64,000 nt of DNA, taken from Polyangiales bacterium. Its GTDB lineage: Bacteria > Myxococcota_A > Polyangia > Polyangiales > JADJQN01. The notes under the pieces are model-generated. The model did not search any database, was not told the DNA's origin, and saw only the letters and a list, made by a program, of their open reading frames with translations. The DNA is taken from contig CAXNJO010000013.1 of the NCBI GenBank assembly GCA_964202905.1, positions 64,001 to 128,000 of the forward strand, written 5' to 3'. Positions 10,462 to 21,238 of this stretch are shown in pieces (the stretch's first letter is position 1; every line of letters begins with the position of its first letter). The position numbers and the translations under genes were made by a program.

Positions 10462-12531
10462 GTGCGCAGCCTGCTCTCGCCTGACGCTCCCGCGCAGCAT
10501 GCCCGGTTCGATCGCTTTCAACTGCTCGAGCGGATCGCGGTGGGGGGCATGGCCGAGGTTTTCCGCGCGAGCGAGCTCGGGCCGGTGCGCGACGCGCCCT
10601 CTCGCACGGTGGTCATCAAGCGGATGCTCCCCGCGCTCACGGCGGACCGAGAGGCGCGCGCGATGTTCCTCGAGGAGCGGCGTATCGGCGCGTTCGTGCG
10701 CCACGAGAACGTCGTCGCGCAGTTCGGCGGAGGCGAGGCCGACGGGACGCCCTATCTCGTGCTCGAACTGGTCGCAGGACTGGATCTCGGGCGACTGACC
10801 CGATGGCTCACGCGCACCGGGCGGGCGCTCGATGTCTCGCTCGCGGTCTTCGTCGCACGGGAGTTCCTCGCCGGGCTCGCCGCGCTCCACGCCGCGCATG
10901 ACGACGAGGGCGTGCCGCTCGGCGTCGTGCACCGCGACGTGAGCCCCTCGAACGTGCTGCTCTCCCTGCACGGAGACGTGAAGCTCGCCGATCTCGGGAT
11001 CGCCTCGACGCGCGTCACGCGAAGCGCGGGCGACGCGGGGGGCGGGTCGCCGCGCGCCAAAGGCAAACTCGGCTACCTCGCGCCCGAGCAGGTGCGCGGG
11101 GAGCGGCTCGATCAGCGCGCGGACGTGTTCAGCGCCGCAGTCATCCTCGCGGAGTTGCTTCTCGGGCGTCCGCTCTTCGCCGGCGCGTCGGAGCTCGCCG
11201 TGCTGCTCGCGATCCGCGACGGCGACGTGCGCGCGTTCCGGGAACGTGCGCTCGTGCTGCCGGGCGGCCTCGGCGACGTGGTCCTCGCCGCGCTCGAGGG
11301 CGATCGCGAGCGGCGCACGGACTCCGCGGACGCGCTGCGAGACGCACTCGCGCCCTTCGCGCCGGTCGAGGCTTCCGTGATGCGCGCGGAGCTCGCGGCG
11401 CTCGTGCGGACGGCCGTCGCGATGCTCGATGCGGCGCCGCCCGGCCCCCTTCCCATCCCTGCAGCGCGCGATTCGGACACCCTCACGCCGCCGGTGAACG
11501 CATTGATCGGCGCGCACCGGGCCACGCCCGAGAGCATCCTCGACGACGACGCCCTCACCCCGATGGTCGATCCCGAGTCGCCGCCAACGGGCGAGCTCCC
11601 GGCGCTCGATTACGTCGTGCTCACGACGAGCGATGAACGGCGGGGCCCCTGGTCTTACGCGCGCATCGTCGAGGCGATCGCCACCGGACGCATCGACCCC
11701 CGCGATCGCGTGAGCGCGGGCGGGGCTGCGTTCCGCGCCGTGTCCGACGTGCACGGGCTCGCGCGCCATTTCCCGCGCGCGACCGTCGACGCCACGACGC
11801 GCGAGGTGGCGGCGCCCGTCGAGCCCGACGCGACCTATCGCATCGAGGACGGCGGCTTCGTCGTCGCGCTCGCCGGGATGATCGCCCGGGCCGACACGGG
11901 GCTGCTGCTCTGCGAGCAGGGTGGTGTCCGCAAAGAGGTCTACGTGCTTCGCGGCGCGCCGACGTACGTCCGCTCGAACCTTGCCAGCGAGTTGCTCGGT
12001 GAGTTCCTCGTCGCGCGCGGCGTGCTCTCGCGAGGCGAACTCGACATGGCGCTCGCGGTGCTGCCCCGCTTCGAGGGGCGCCTCGGCGACACGCTCACGG
12101 CGCTCGGGCTCGTCGAGCCGGTGAGTCTGTTCCGGCACATCGCCGCGCAGGTCCGCGAGAAATTGCTCGACCTCTTCGGATGGGTCGGTGGGCGCGCGAC
12201 GCTGTGGCGCGGCGCCGACGTCCCAGAGAGCGCCTTCCCCCTCGGGCTCGATGCGGGGTCGATCCTCGAAGACGGCGTCGCGCGCCGCCTCGCGCAGGGA
12301 CTCGACGAGGGCTTGCTCGGCGGCGGCCCCGACGTCTGCCTCTCACGCGTCGAGCCGGCGCCGGCGGGCCTCGACCCCGCGCGACTCCCGGTCAATGCAC
12401 GAGCCTGGCTCGCGCGCCTCGCGGTGCCCATCCCGATGCGCACGCTCGGTTCGGGAAACGGCGACCCGGCGGGCGACGCGCGGGTCGCGGCGATCCTGCT
12501 GGTGCGCCTCGGACTCGCCCGAATCGCTTGA
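10462..12531 (+). CDS. Ser/Thr protein kinase with C-terminal DUF4388/PatA-N-like domain
   Basis: GGMAEVF, VIKR, HRDVSPSN, DLG, YLAPE motifs; C-terminal ELLGEFLV/RLGDTL segments; start codon inferred. Confidence 0.88.
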   Translation: MRSLLSPDAPAQHARFDRFQLLERIAVGGMAEVFRASELGPVRDAPSRTVVIKRMLPALTADREARAMFLEERRIGAFVRHENVVAQFGGGEADGTPYLVLELVAGLDLGRLTRWLTRTGRALDVSLAVFVAREFLAGLAALHAAHDDEGVPLGVVHRDVSPSNVLLSLHGDVKLADLGIASTRVTRSAGDAGGGSPRAKGKLGYLAPEQVRGERLDQRADVFSAAVILAELLLGRPLFAGASELAVLLAIRDGDVRAFRERALVLPGGLGDVVLAALEGDRERRTDSADALRDALAPFAPVEASVMRAELAALVRTAVAMLDAAPPGPLPIPAARDSDTLTPPVNALIGAHRATPESILDDDALTPMVDPESPPTGELPALDYVVLTTSDERRGPWSYARIVEAIATGRIDPRDRVSAGGAAFRAVSDVHGLARHFPRATVDATTREVAAPVEPDATYRIEDGGFVVALAGMIARADTGLLLCEQGGVRKEVYVLRGAPTYVRSNLASELLGEFLVARGVLSRGELDMALAVLPRFEGRLGDTLTALGLVEPVSLFRHIAAQVREKLLDLFGWVGGRATLWRGADVPESAFPLGLDAGSILEDGVARRLAQGLDEGLLGGGPDVCLSRVEPAPAGLDPARLPVNARAWLARLAVPIPMRTLGSGNGDPAGDARVAAILLVRLGLARIA

Positions 12532-12566
12532 CCGCGGGCGCTCGCCGGTGCTACCCGCGCTCGGCT

Positions 12567-13874
12567 GTGAGCGACCCCCCGCGCCGCCGCCTCGCTCCGC
12601 TCGCTCCGCCCTCGGGGATGCGCGACCTGCTGCATCCTTCGAGCGCCGATCGCCGGGCGCTCAGTGCCCGGCTCCTGCGAACATTTTCGCTTCACGGTTA
12701 CGATCTGGTCACCACCCCCCCCTTCGAGCACGCCGAGGTGCTCGAACGCGGGCTCGCGACGGTCGATCGACGCGATTTGCTGCGCTTCGTCGAGCCCGAG
12801 ACGGGCGAGGTCGCGCTGCTGCGTCCGGACATCACCCCGCAGATCGCGCGCATCGTGGCGACGCGCCTCGCCGACCGGCCCGCGCCCTGGCGTCTCTGCT
12901 ACGACGGCACCGTGATCCGGCGGCGACGCGGCCGCGCCCGGCGTCAGCGTCAGATCGCGCAGTGCGGCGTCGAGTGCATCGGCGTCGACGGACCGGACGG
13001 CGACGCGGAGGTCATCGCGCTCGCAGCGGTCGCCTGCCGCGCGGTCGGCCTCGTCGACTTCCGGATCGAGCTCGGGCAGGTCGTGCCCGGGCGCGCCGCC
13101 CTCGATGCGGTTCCCGCGGGTGTGCGCGACGCGGCCGCCGACGCCCTCGCCCGCAAGGACGGCGCCGCCCTCGACGCGCTTCTCCGGGCGAATGGCGTCC
13201 GCGAGGATGCGCGCGCACGCCTCGACGCGCTGATCTACCTCGACGGCGCGGCCGCCCCGACGATCGCTCGCGCCCGTGCGATCTTCGCGGATGACGCGTC
13301 CCAGCGCGCGCTCAACGAGCTCGCGGCCGTCGCAGCGCGGCTCTCGCTCCTCGGACTCGGCGACGACCTCGTCGGTGTGGATCTCGGCGACGTCCGCGGC
13401 TCCGCGTACTACACGGGCGTTCGCTTCACGCTCCTCGCGGAGGGCCCGGGCGAGGCGGTCGGCGCAGGCGGTCGATATGACAACCTCCTTGCGCAGTTCG
13501 ACGCTCCCGCGCCTGCGACGGGCTTCGCGCTCGACCTCGATCACCTCGAGTGGGCGCTCGCCCACGCAGGGCGCCGTTTCGCCGCCGAGCGCCCCCTGCG
13601 GATCGCGCTCGCTGCCGCAGAGCCGGCCCGGCGCACCGCGATCGCCGACGCGCTCCGCGCGGCGGGGCTTTCCGTCGCGATCGCGCCGGGCCCCGGGGCG
13701 ACAGAGGCCCTCGCCTACGCCCGCGCCTGGGGCCACGACGCCGCGCTGCTCGCGGAGGGCACCGGGACCCACCTCCTGGCCGTCGCGGACGGCGCCGCGG
13801 TCGAGGTCGATCCGCTCGACGCGACGCGCGTCGAGGCGCTCGTCCGCCGTGCTATGAGCGGGCGCGAAACTTAA
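12567..13874 (+). CDS. hisZ: ATP phosphoribosyltransferase regulatory subunit
   Basis: PSGMRD, LRPDITPQIAR, YYTG, GGRYD motifs; directly upstream of purA. Confidence 0.88.
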   Translation: MSDPPRRRLAPLAPPSGMRDLLHPSSADRRALSARLLRTFSLHGYDLVTTPPFEHAEVLERGLATVDRRDLLRFVEPETGEVALLRPDITPQIARIVATRLADRPAPWRLCYDGTVIRRRRGRARRQRQIAQCGVECIGVDGPDGDAEVIALAAVACRAVGLVDFRIELGQVVPGRAALDAVPAGVRDAAADALARKDGAALDALLRANGVREDARARLDALIYLDGAAAPTIARARAIFADDASQRALNELAAVAARLSLLGLGDDLVGVDLGDVRGSAYYTGVRFTLLAEGPGEAVGAGGRYDNLLAQFDAPAPATGFALDLDHLEWALAHAGRRFAAERPLRIALAAAEPARRTAIADALRAAGLSVAIAPGPGATEALAYARAWGHDAALLAEGTGTHLLAVADGAAVEVDPLDATRVEALVRRAMSGRET

Positions 13875-13917
13875 GGTCTCCGGGGCAGCGCCCGCGGGCG
13901 CGAAGGACGGTCGAGCC

Positions 13918-15207
13918 ATGGCAGTCGTGGTGGTCGTGGGCGCCCAGTGGGGCGACGAAGGCAAAGGCAAGATCGTCGACCTCTACACGCAGGACGCCGA
14001 CGTCGTCGTGCGTTACGGGGGCGGCGCGAACGCGGGTCACACCCTCGTGGTCGGCGGCGAGAAGGTGGTGCTCCACCTCGTCCCATCCGGCGTGTTGCAC
14101 GCGCGCACGCGGTGCGTGCTGGCGCAGGGCACCGTCGTCGATCCCGCCGTGCTGCTCCGCGAGATGGACGAGATCGCGAGCCGCGGTCTTCTCGCGCCGG
14201 GCGCGGCGCAGGAGCGCCTCGCCATCAGCGATCGCGCGCACGTCGTGTTGCCGCACCATCCGATCATCGATCGCCTGCGCGAGGCCGAGGCGGGCGCGGG
14301 CGCGATCGGCACGACGAAGCGGGGCATCGGCCCGGCGTACGAAGACAAGGCCGCGCGCCGCGGCGTGCGCCTCGGGGATCTCCTAGACCGGGCCCGCTTC
14401 CAGCCGCGCCTCGAGGCCAACCTCGCGGCCTGGGCGCCCATCGCGCACGCGCTCGGCGGCACGCTGCCGACGGTGTCCGACGTGCTCGACGTCTACCTCG
14501 CCTACGGCGATCGGCTGCGGCCGTACGTGTGCGACACCGCTCGCATCGTCGCGGAGGCCGTCGGCCGCGGACAGAACGTCCTGCTGGAGGGCGCGCAGGG
14601 GACGATGCTCGACGTCGACCACGGCACGTATCCGTTCGTGACGAGTTCGAGCACGACGGCAGGCGGCGCCTGCGCAGGCGCTGGAATCGGGCCGACCGCG
14701 ATCACCCGCGTCATCGGCATCACCAAGGCGTACGCGACCCGCGTGGGCGGCGGCCCCTTCCCAACGGAGCTTCACGGTCCGGAGGGCGAGCGGCTTCGCG
14801 CGGTGGGGGGCGAGTTCGGCGCGACGACAGGGCGCCCGCGCCGCTGCGGCTGGCTCGACATCCCAGCGCTGCGCTACGCGGTGCGCATCAACGGCACCAG
14901 CGCCCTCGCCATGACGAAGCTCGACGTGCTCAGCGGGCTCGACGAGGTGCGCGTGTGCGTTGCCTACGAGCGCCGCGGCGAGACGCTCCACGATCTGCCG
15001 TACGACGATCTCGAGAGCCTCGTGCCGATCTACGAGACGCTCCCCGGATGGCGCGAGCCGCTCTCGCACTGCCGCTCGCTCGACGCACTCCCGCCCGCCG
15101 CGCGCGCGTACGTGCAGCGCATCGAAGCGCTCGCGGGCTGCCCGGTCGGACTCGTCTCGGTGGGCGCCGATCGCGCGGAGACAATCCAGCTCGTTCCGCC
15201 TTTCTGA
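13918..15207 (+). CDS. purA: Adenylosuccinate synthetase
   Basis: GAQWGDEGKGK, GGANAGHT, EGAQG, GATTGRPRRCGW. Confidence 0.98.
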   Translation: MAVVVVVGAQWGDEGKGKIVDLYTQDADVVVRYGGGANAGHTLVVGGEKVVLHLVPSGVLHARTRCVLAQGTVVDPAVLLREMDEIASRGLLAPGAAQERLAISDRAHVVLPHHPIIDRLREAEAGAGAIGTTKRGIGPAYEDKAARRGVRLGDLLDRARFQPRLEANLAAWAPIAHALGGTLPTVSDVLDVYLAYGDRLRPYVCDTARIVAEAVGRGQNVLLEGAQGTMLDVDHGTYPFVTSSSTTAGGACAGAGIGPTAITRVIGITKAYATRVGGGPFPTELHGPEGERLRAVGGEFGATTGRPRRCGWLDIPALRYAVRINGTSALAMTKLDVLSGLDEVRVCVAYERRGETLHDLPYDDLESLVPIYETLPGWREPLSHCRSLDALPPAARAYVQRIEALAGCPVGLVSVGADRAETIQLVPPF

Positions 15208-15342
15208 CGGGGCGCCCCGAGCGCCACCGGGCACGCAGACCTGTACGGGCGCCTCGCGGCGCCCGCGCAGGGTACGTCAGAACCGGTGAAGCCCAACAGG
15301 CGCCTCGACGTTGCGCGGCGCGCGCGGTGGGCAAGGACGCGC

Positions 15343-15537
15343 TCAGCGGAGCTCGAAGTCCTTGCAGAACACGAGCAGCGACGTGCGCTCATTGTGCGCG
15401 CGACGATGCTCGGCCGTTGGGAAGCCATGCGCGCAGCGCTCGTTCGCCTCGTCGAAGAGCGCGCAGTCCTCGCACGACCAGCGGAGGGCGTGTGCCTTCG
15501 CCTCCGCATCGAACGCGGCGTCGCGCGGGATCTTCAC
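15343..15537 (-). CDS. Small Cys-rich hypothetical protein
   Basis: CEDC...CAHG...FCKDFEL pattern downstream of fabF. Confidence 0.55.
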   Translation of the reverse strand: MKIPRDAAFDAEAKAHALRWSCEDCALFDEANERCAHGFPTAEHRRAHNERTSLLVFCKDFELR

Positions 15538-15607
15538 GCCCGGCCCCGCGCACACAGACGGCGTCGGCCCGGCTTCACGCTGCGCGCGCGGCGACGCCCA
15601 CGCAGGC

Positions 15608-16861
15608 TCACGTCGGCCGCGCGAAGGCGAGCGTGACGTTCGTCCCACCGAAGCCGAAGCTGTTCGAGAGCGCGACGTCGATCGCGTGATCACGCGCCGT
15701 GTGCGGGACGAGATCGAAGCCCGCGGCCTCAGCGTCCGGGTCGTCGAGGTTGATCGTGGGCGGGAGGACGCGGTCACGGATGGCCAACACCGAGAGCGCG
15801 GCCTCGAGCGCGCCCGCGGCGCCGAGCAGGTGGCCTGTCATGCTCTTGGTGCTCGACACGCAGAGCCCGCCGCCGATGGCCCGATCGCCGAACACGGCGC
15901 GGATCGCCTTGAGTTCGTTGATGTCGCCCGTCGGCGTACTCGTGCCGTGCGCGTTGATGTAGTCGACACGGTCCAGGTCGATGCCGGCGTCGCGAATCGC
16001 CATGCGCATCGCGCGCTGCGCCCCCTCGCCCTCGGGCGCGGGCTGCGTGAGGTGGTAGGCGTCCGCAGAGGTGCCATAGCCCACGATCTCCGCGAGGATC
16101 GTGGCGCCGCGGCGGAGCGCGTCCTCGCGATCCTCGAGGATGAGCATCGCGGCGCCCTCGCCCATCACGAACCCATCACGGCCCTTGTCGTAAGGACGAC
16201 TCGCGCGCTCCGGCTCGTCGTTGCGCGTGGACAGCGCACGCATCGCCGTGAACCCCGCGACGCCGAGCGGCGTGACGGTCGCCTCGGCCCCACCCGCGAC
16301 CGCAGCCCGCAGCGCCCCGCGTTGGATCCACTTGAAAGCCTCGCCGATGGAGTGTCCGCTCGAGGAGCAGGCGCTCGTCGTCGTGTAGCTCGGACCGCGC
16401 AAGTTCCAGCGCATGCTGATCTGGCCCGGAGCGAGGTTCGCGATCGTCGCAGGGATGAAATAGGGACTGATCTTCTTCGGGCCCTTCGCCGCGAGCGCGT
16501 GGACGTTGCGCTCCAACGTCTCGAGGCCGCAAAGCCCAACACCGACGAATGTTCCCGTCTCGTCGCGCAGCGCGTCGTCGGGGGCGAAACCGGCGTTCTC
16601 GATCGCCATCTGCGCCGCCGAAAGCGCGAGGTGAATGAACCGGTCCATCTCACGGACGCGCTTCTTCTCGACCCACTTCTCGGCGTCGAAGCCCTTGGCC
16701 TCACCCGCGATCCGGCAGGGATGCTCGCTTGCGTCGAAGAGCGTGATCGGCGCAATGCCGCTCCGCCCGGCGGTCACGTTCTCCCAGGTGGTCGCGGCGT
16801 CGAGCCCGCAGGGACTCGTGATGCCGACTCCGGTGATGACGACGCGACGGGACGTGGACAT
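15608..16861 (-). CDS. fabF: 3-oxoacyl-ACP synthase II
   Basis: SACSS, GFVMGEG, NAHGTST, KSMTGHLLGAAG, NSFGFGG. Confidence 0.97.
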   Translation of the reverse strand: MSTSRRVVITGVGITSPCGLDAATTWENVTAGRSGIAPITLFDASEHPCRIAGEAKGFDAEKWVEKKRVREMDRFIHLALSAAQMAIENAGFAPDDALRDETGTFVGVGLCGLETLERNVHALAAKGPKKISPYFIPATIANLAPGQISMRWNLRGPSYTTTSACSSSGHSIGEAFKWIQRGALRAAVAGGAEATVTPLGVAGFTAMRALSTRNDEPERASRPYDKGRDGFVMGEGAAMLILEDREDALRRGATILAEIVGYGTSADAYHLTQPAPEGEGAQRAMRMAIRDAGIDLDRVDYINAHGTSTPTGDINELKAIRAVFGDRAIGGGLCVSSTKSMTGHLLGAAGALEAALSVLAIRDRVLPPTINLDDPDAEAAGFDLVPHTARDHAIDVALSNSFGFGGTNVTLAFARPT

Positions 16862-17129
16862 GACTCGCCTCTCACGGTGAAACGACCGAAAGACACTCCG
16901 TCATCAACGACGCGCAAAGGCCCGCACGACGTGGGTGCCGGAAGCCTGTGCAGGTTGTTGGAGACGCGCATGAGCGAAAGGCACGGGCGCCCGCCATGCC
17001 GAGGGCACCCACGCCCAAGGAGGCCTGCGCCCATGCCCCGCTACAGCCAACCGCCTGTCCTCTGACCGCCACGCCACGACGCGCGGCGACGATCCTCCGG
17101 GTGTCGTACCTGCGCCTCCCGGCGTGGCG

Positions 17130-17369
17130 TCACTTGACCGTTGTGCGGCTCGAGATGTACGTCACCGCGTCGCCGACGGTGCGGATCTTCTCGGTGTCCT
17201 CGTCCGGGATGTCGATCTCGAACTGCTCCTCGAAGGCGAGCACGAGCTCGACGATCGCGAGGGAGTCGGCGCCGAGGTCATCGATGAAGGCGGAGCCTTC
17301 CTTGACCTCGTTCACGTCGACGTCGAGCTGCTGCGAGACGATCTCCTTGACCTTCTGTCCGATGTCCAT
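17130..17369 (-). CDS. acpP: Acyl carrier protein
   Basis: DLGADSL phosphopantetheine motif. Confidence 0.97.
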   Translation of the reverse strand: MDIGQKVKEIVSQQLDVDVNEVKEGSAFIDDLGADSLAIVELVLAFEEQFEIDIPDEDTEKIRTVGDAVTYISSRTTVK

Positions 17370-17410
17370 CCGAGTCTCTCCGGGGTAGGCGCCCACACCG
17401 CGCTCGCCGT

Positions 17411-18157
17411 TTAAACGTACATTCCGCCGTTCACGCGCAGGACCTGCCCCGTCACGTAGCTGGCCTCATCGCTCGCGAGGTACAGCACCGCCGCGGCGAC
17501 CTCTTCAGGACGCCCAGTGCGTCCTGCGGGGGTCTGCGCGAGGATCGACTTCTTCGCGTCGTCCGGCAAGCCCGCTGTCATATCCGTCTCGATGAAGCCG
17601 GGCGCGACGACGTTGACCGTCACGCCGCGCGAGGCGTACTCCCGCGCGAGGGTCTTCGTCAACCCGATGAGCGCGGCTTTCGAAGCGGCGTATACCGCCT
17701 GCCCGGGGTTGCCCGACTCGGCGACGACGCTCGAGAGGTGGATGATGCGCCCGGTCTTCTGCCGCATCATGAAACGCATCGCGCTCTTCGCGCACCAGAT
17801 CGCGCCGGAGACGTTGGTCGCGAAGGTCCGCTCGACCTCCTCGGGCTTCACGCGAATCAGCAACTGGTCGAGCGCGATGCCGGCGTTGCTCACGAGGATG
17901 TCGAGGCGCCCGAGGCGCTTCTGCACTTCGGTAATCGCTGCATCGACGGCCGCCGCGTCGGCGACGTCGAACTGCTTCGCCTCGGCCCGACCGCCGGCCT
18001 CGATGATCGCGGCGACCACCGCCTGCGCGGCGGCTTCGTTGCCCGCGTAGTTCACCACGACGTGCGCGCCGGCGCGCGCGAGCGTCTCGGAAACTGCGCG
18101 GCCGATGCCGCGCGAGCCCCCGGTGACGATCGCGACCTTGCCGCGGAGATCGAACAT
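17411..18157 (-). CDS. fabG: 3-oxoacyl-ACP reductase
   Basis: [27 protein letters not shown]. Confidence 0.96.
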   Translation of the reverse strand: MFDLRGKVAIVTGGSRGIGRAVSETLARAGAHVVVNYAGNEAAAQAVVAAIIEAGGRAEAKQFDVADAAAVDAAITEVQKRLGRLDILVSNAGIALDQLLIRVKPEEVERTFATNVSGAIWCAKSAMRFMMRQKTGRIIHLSSVVAESGNPGQAVYAASKAALIGLTKTLAREYASRGVTVNVVAPGFIETDMTAGLPDDAKKSILAQTPAGRTGRPEEVAAAVLYLASDEASYVTGQVLRVNGGMYV

Positions 18158-18186
18158 GCGCGACGCCTCGGCCACTGGCGCGGCGC

Positions 18187-18387
18187 TCAGCTCTCGGAGG
18201 CGCCGGCGGTGGCCTTCTTGGTCACGGCGCGGCCCTTGTAGTGGCCGCACGCCGGACACACGCGGTGCGAGACCATCACCTCGCCGCAGTTCGGGCAGGG
18301 GATAAGATTCGGCGCGACCACTTTGTCATGGTTGGCGCGGCGCATGTTGCGCTTGCTGCGGGTCGTTCTGCGCTTGGGTACCGCCAC
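18187..18387 (-). CDS. rpmF: 50S ribosomal protein L32
   Basis: (M)[16 protein letters not shown]...CPNCG...[10 protein letters not shown]. Confidence 0.96.
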   Translation of the reverse strand: MAVPKRRTTRSKRNMRRANHDKVVAPNLIPCPNCGEVMVSHRVCPACGHYKGRAVTKKATAGASES

Positions 18388-18415
18388 GGGGACACTCCTT
18401 CTTACTGACTTCGGC

Positions 18416-19063
18416 TTACTTCTTCGTCTCGAGCTTCGTGAGGGCGGCACGAAGCGCACCTCCCCCCGACTCTTCTTCGCCAAAATTCGCGGGGCCGCGA
18501 ATGTGCTCCGGGATCGCGATCCCAGGACAGTCCTCGCGGCAGAGCGGCTGCATCGGGACCTCGAGGATGACGTGTTCGCGCACCAGGGCGTCAAGCACGA
18601 TCGCGTCCCCGACGAACATCTCGCGCTCGAGTTCGTCCGACGCGAGGTCGTCGGCGTCGTCGTCCTCGGGCGGGGACGGGTGTTTGCCTTTGCCGGGCGC
18701 GCGCGCCGGCCGGCCGACCGCGTCGGCTCGCCCGCCCCCCTCGGAGCGTCCACCCGTCTCCACGCGTGCAGGGCTCGCGGGCGCACACAGCGCAGTCAGC
18801 GAAGCCTCGACGGGACAGACGACGTCTTCGAGGCAGCGGTAACAGTCGGAGACGAGCGTCGCACGCACGCGACCACGCACGAGATACTCACTGCCCGACC
18901 GCTGGGCGTGGACCTCGAGGAGGCCGTCGGCCACGCCGGGCGGGGGCGGTCGCACGCCGGGGCAGCCCTCGAGCTCATGCGCGAGCCACGACGCCCTCAC
19001 GGGGAAGGAGTAGTCCTTCCCCAGGTCGTCGAGATCATTCACATCGAGACTGAACTCAGCCAT
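18416..19063 (-). CDS. yceD: DUF177/YceD family protein
   Basis: CYRCL and [13 protein letters not shown] motifs, upstream of rpmF. Confidence 0.9.
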   Translation of the reverse strand: MAEFSLDVNDLDDLGKDYSFPVRASWLAHELEGCPGVRPPPPGVADGLLEVHAQRSGSEYLVRGRVRATLVSDCYRCLEDVVCPVEASLTALCAPASPARVETGGRSEGGGRADAVGRPARAPGKGKHPSPPEDDDADDLASDELEREMFVGDAIVLDALVREHVILEVPMQPLCREDCPGIAIPEHIRGPANFGEEESGGGALRAALTKLETKK

Positions 19064-19099
19064 GGCGCGTTCCCCGGCCCGAGGGCTCGAAGGGCGCGA

Positions 19100-19127
19100 A
19101 CTATAGAAGAGCGGGTCAGGGAGTCAA
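19100..19127 (-). promoter_or_regulatory. Putative sigma70 promoter of yceD-rpmF-fab operon
   Basis: Minus strand TTGACT-16 nt-TATAGT, ending about 37 nt before the yceD start. Confidence 0.6.
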
Positions 19128-19195
19128 GGCACGAGTCTGCCCTGTTTTCCACGGTTTTTCGGGGTACCGACTCGCCATAAGTGCGCTGCGCCACG

Positions 19196-20143
19196 TCAAG
19201 GTCGGGCCGACTCGGTCGCGGCGGTGAGTCCGGTGGGGCCGAGCGTCAGCCAGAGCGCCCCCGTTCCTGCGCGGCCGCCCTCCGACGTCCGCGCAGCGAA
19301 GCCCGCGAGCGGCGGCACGACGCGGCGGAGTCCGGCACCGGGGAGCGCACGACCAGCCTGCTCGCGCGGCCACGCGGCTACGGCGTCCCGTGCCCCGATG
19401 CGCGACGCGAAGCGCGCGAGGCCCGCGTCCCCGGCCTCCGCGCCATCGACGCCGGCAGCGGGTGCAGCCGCCGCCCAACTGACGAGCACGCGCCGCGCCG
19501 TGTTGCCCGCTTCACCGAGCGCTGCCGCCCGCTCGTCGAGGTCCGCCGCGACATGTCCGCACGCGTCGGCGCTCCGTGCGTAGCGCCCACCCGGAGCGCC
19601 TGCGATCGGCACGAGTTCCGCCTCGCCGAACGCCACGCGCTCGAGCGAGGAGACGTCGAGCACGCGGTCGCGCGCATCCGGATCGAGCGCAGCGAGCGCG
19701 GCCGCGACCACGTCCGGGGCGTCGCGACCGCCCGCGAGAAAGAGCGCGAGTCGCCCGGTGTCTGCGAGCGCGCGGGCCATGTGCTCGGCTGACGCGCGAT
19801 CGTCGCCGAGGCCGCCGAGCACGAGGAGCACGTCCGCATGGCCCGCGACGAGCGCGCGCAGCGCGGGAGACGTGTCCCGCACCACCGGCGCGGGGCCCGT
19901 GAAGGCCGCAATCCGCAAGGTCCCGCGGGACGCGCGCAGCGTGAGCGAGCGGCCGCGGAGGTCGAGTGAGAGGTCGCCGACCGCCCACGCGCGAGACTCG
20001 GGCGCGGGCAGTGCGAGACAGCGGACGAACCCTGTCGCGCCGCCGACGCGCAGCGCATCGGGCACCCCGGTTTCACACCCGAACGCAGCGAGCAGCGCGG
20101 CGACGCCGAGCGCGGAGGCCAGGTTCCGTGGCGGGCGACGCAT
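19196..20143 (-). CDS. Lipoprotein, degenerate metallophosphoesterase-like
   Basis: Lipobox AFGC; DVLLVLGGLG and LAGGRD resemble degenerate calcineurin-like motifs. Confidence 0.5.
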   Translation of the reverse strand: MRRPPRNLASALGVAALLAAFGCETGVPDALRVGGATGFVRCLALPAPESRAWAVGDLSLDLRGRSLTLRASRGTLRIAAFTGPAPVVRDTSPALRALVAGHADVLLVLGGLGDDRASAEHMARALADTGRLALFLAGGRDAPDVVAAALAALDPDARDRVLDVSSLERVAFGEAELVPIAGAPGGRYARSADACGHVAADLDERAAALGEAGNTARRVLVSWAAAAPAAGVDGAEAGDAGLARFASRIGARDAVAAWPREQAGRALPGAGLRRVVPPLAGFAARTSEGGRAGTGALWLTLGPTGLTAATESARP

Positions 20144-20344
20144 CGCGGAGCGCGAGGGTAGCAGATCGCGCCCGCACGGCGCCGTCCTCGACGCCCGGCG
20201 CGCCCCCACGCGCGGTCGGTTCCGCCGCGTGCGCCCTCCCCCCGCGGTGTTAGAGTCGAGGCGCTCGCCGCGCGGGCGTCCGGCCCGACGCGTGCCACAG
20301 CGGGCGCCCCGAGCGCGACACCCGAACGATCACGAGACCCGCGC

Positions 20345-21184
20345 ATGAGCCAGTTCCAGCGCTTCCAGGGCACCGAGAGCTACCTGACCAGCGAGGCCCT
20401 CGAGTCGGCCGTCAACTGCGCGCTCGTCCTCGAGCGCCCCCTGCTCGTGAAGGGCGAGCCCGGCACCGGCAAGACGCTCCTCGCGGAGTCGCTCGCGGCC
20501 GCGCTGGGCGCGCGGCTGCTGCGCTGGCACGTGAAGTCGACGACCCGCGCGCAGGATGGCCTGTACGTGTACGACACCGTGCAGCGGCTCTACGATTCGC
20601 GCTTCGGCGACGGCGACGTGAAGGACATCCGCCGCTACATCCGCCTCGGGCCACTCGGCGAGGCGATGGCGAGCCCCGAGCGCGTCGTGCTGCTCATCGA
20701 CGAGGTCGACAAGGCGGACATCGAGTTCCCAAACGACCTCCTGCACGAGCTCGATCGCATGCGCTTCGTCATCCCGGAGACGGGCGACGAGGTCGTCGCG
20801 AAGCAGCGGCCCGTCGTCGTCATCACGAGCAACAACGAGAAGGAGCTGCCGGACGCGTTTCTCCGGCGCTGCGTGTTCCACTTCATCGACTTCCCCGACG
20901 CCGATCTGATGCGGCGCATCGTGGCCGTGCACCATCCGCGGCTCGACGAGGCGCTGCTCGAGCAGGCGCTCGCCGCGTTTTACGAGTTGCGGGAGATGAA
21001 GCGCCTGCGCAAACGCCCGAGCACGAGCGAGCTCATCGACTGGATCGCGGTTTTGAAGGCCGCAGGGCTCACCGCGGTGAAGCTCGAGGGGGCGGTGCCC
21101 TTCCTCGGCACGCTGCTGAAGAAGGAGCAGGATCTCGCCTCCCTCGCGGACCAGCTCTCAGGCGGCCGCCGATACCGCAGCTGA
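20345..21184 (+). CDS. MoxR family AAA+ ATPase
   Basis: GEPGTGKT, LLIDEVDKAD, ELPDAFLRRC. Confidence 0.93.
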   Translation: MSQFQRFQGTESYLTSEALESAVNCALVLERPLLVKGEPGTGKTLLAESLAAALGARLLRWHVKSTTRAQDGLYVYDTVQRLYDSRFGDGDVKDIRRYIRLGPLGEAMASPERVVLLIDEVDKADIEFPNDLLHELDRMRFVIPETGDEVVAKQRPVVVITSNNEKELPDAFLRRCVFHFIDFPDADLMRRIVAVHHPRLDEALLEQALAAFYELREMKRLRKRPSTSELIDWIAVLKAAGLTAVKLEGAVPFLGTLLKKEQDLASLADQLSGGRRYRS

Positions 21185-21238
21185 GGCGGCGTGTCCGCGC
21201 GCATCCGCGGCGACGGGAGGCGTAGTACGCTCGATGCC

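Noticed and set aside
15608..19063. fab cluster lacking plsX, fabH and fabD
   Set aside because: Ordinary operon variation; the genes are probably elsewhere.
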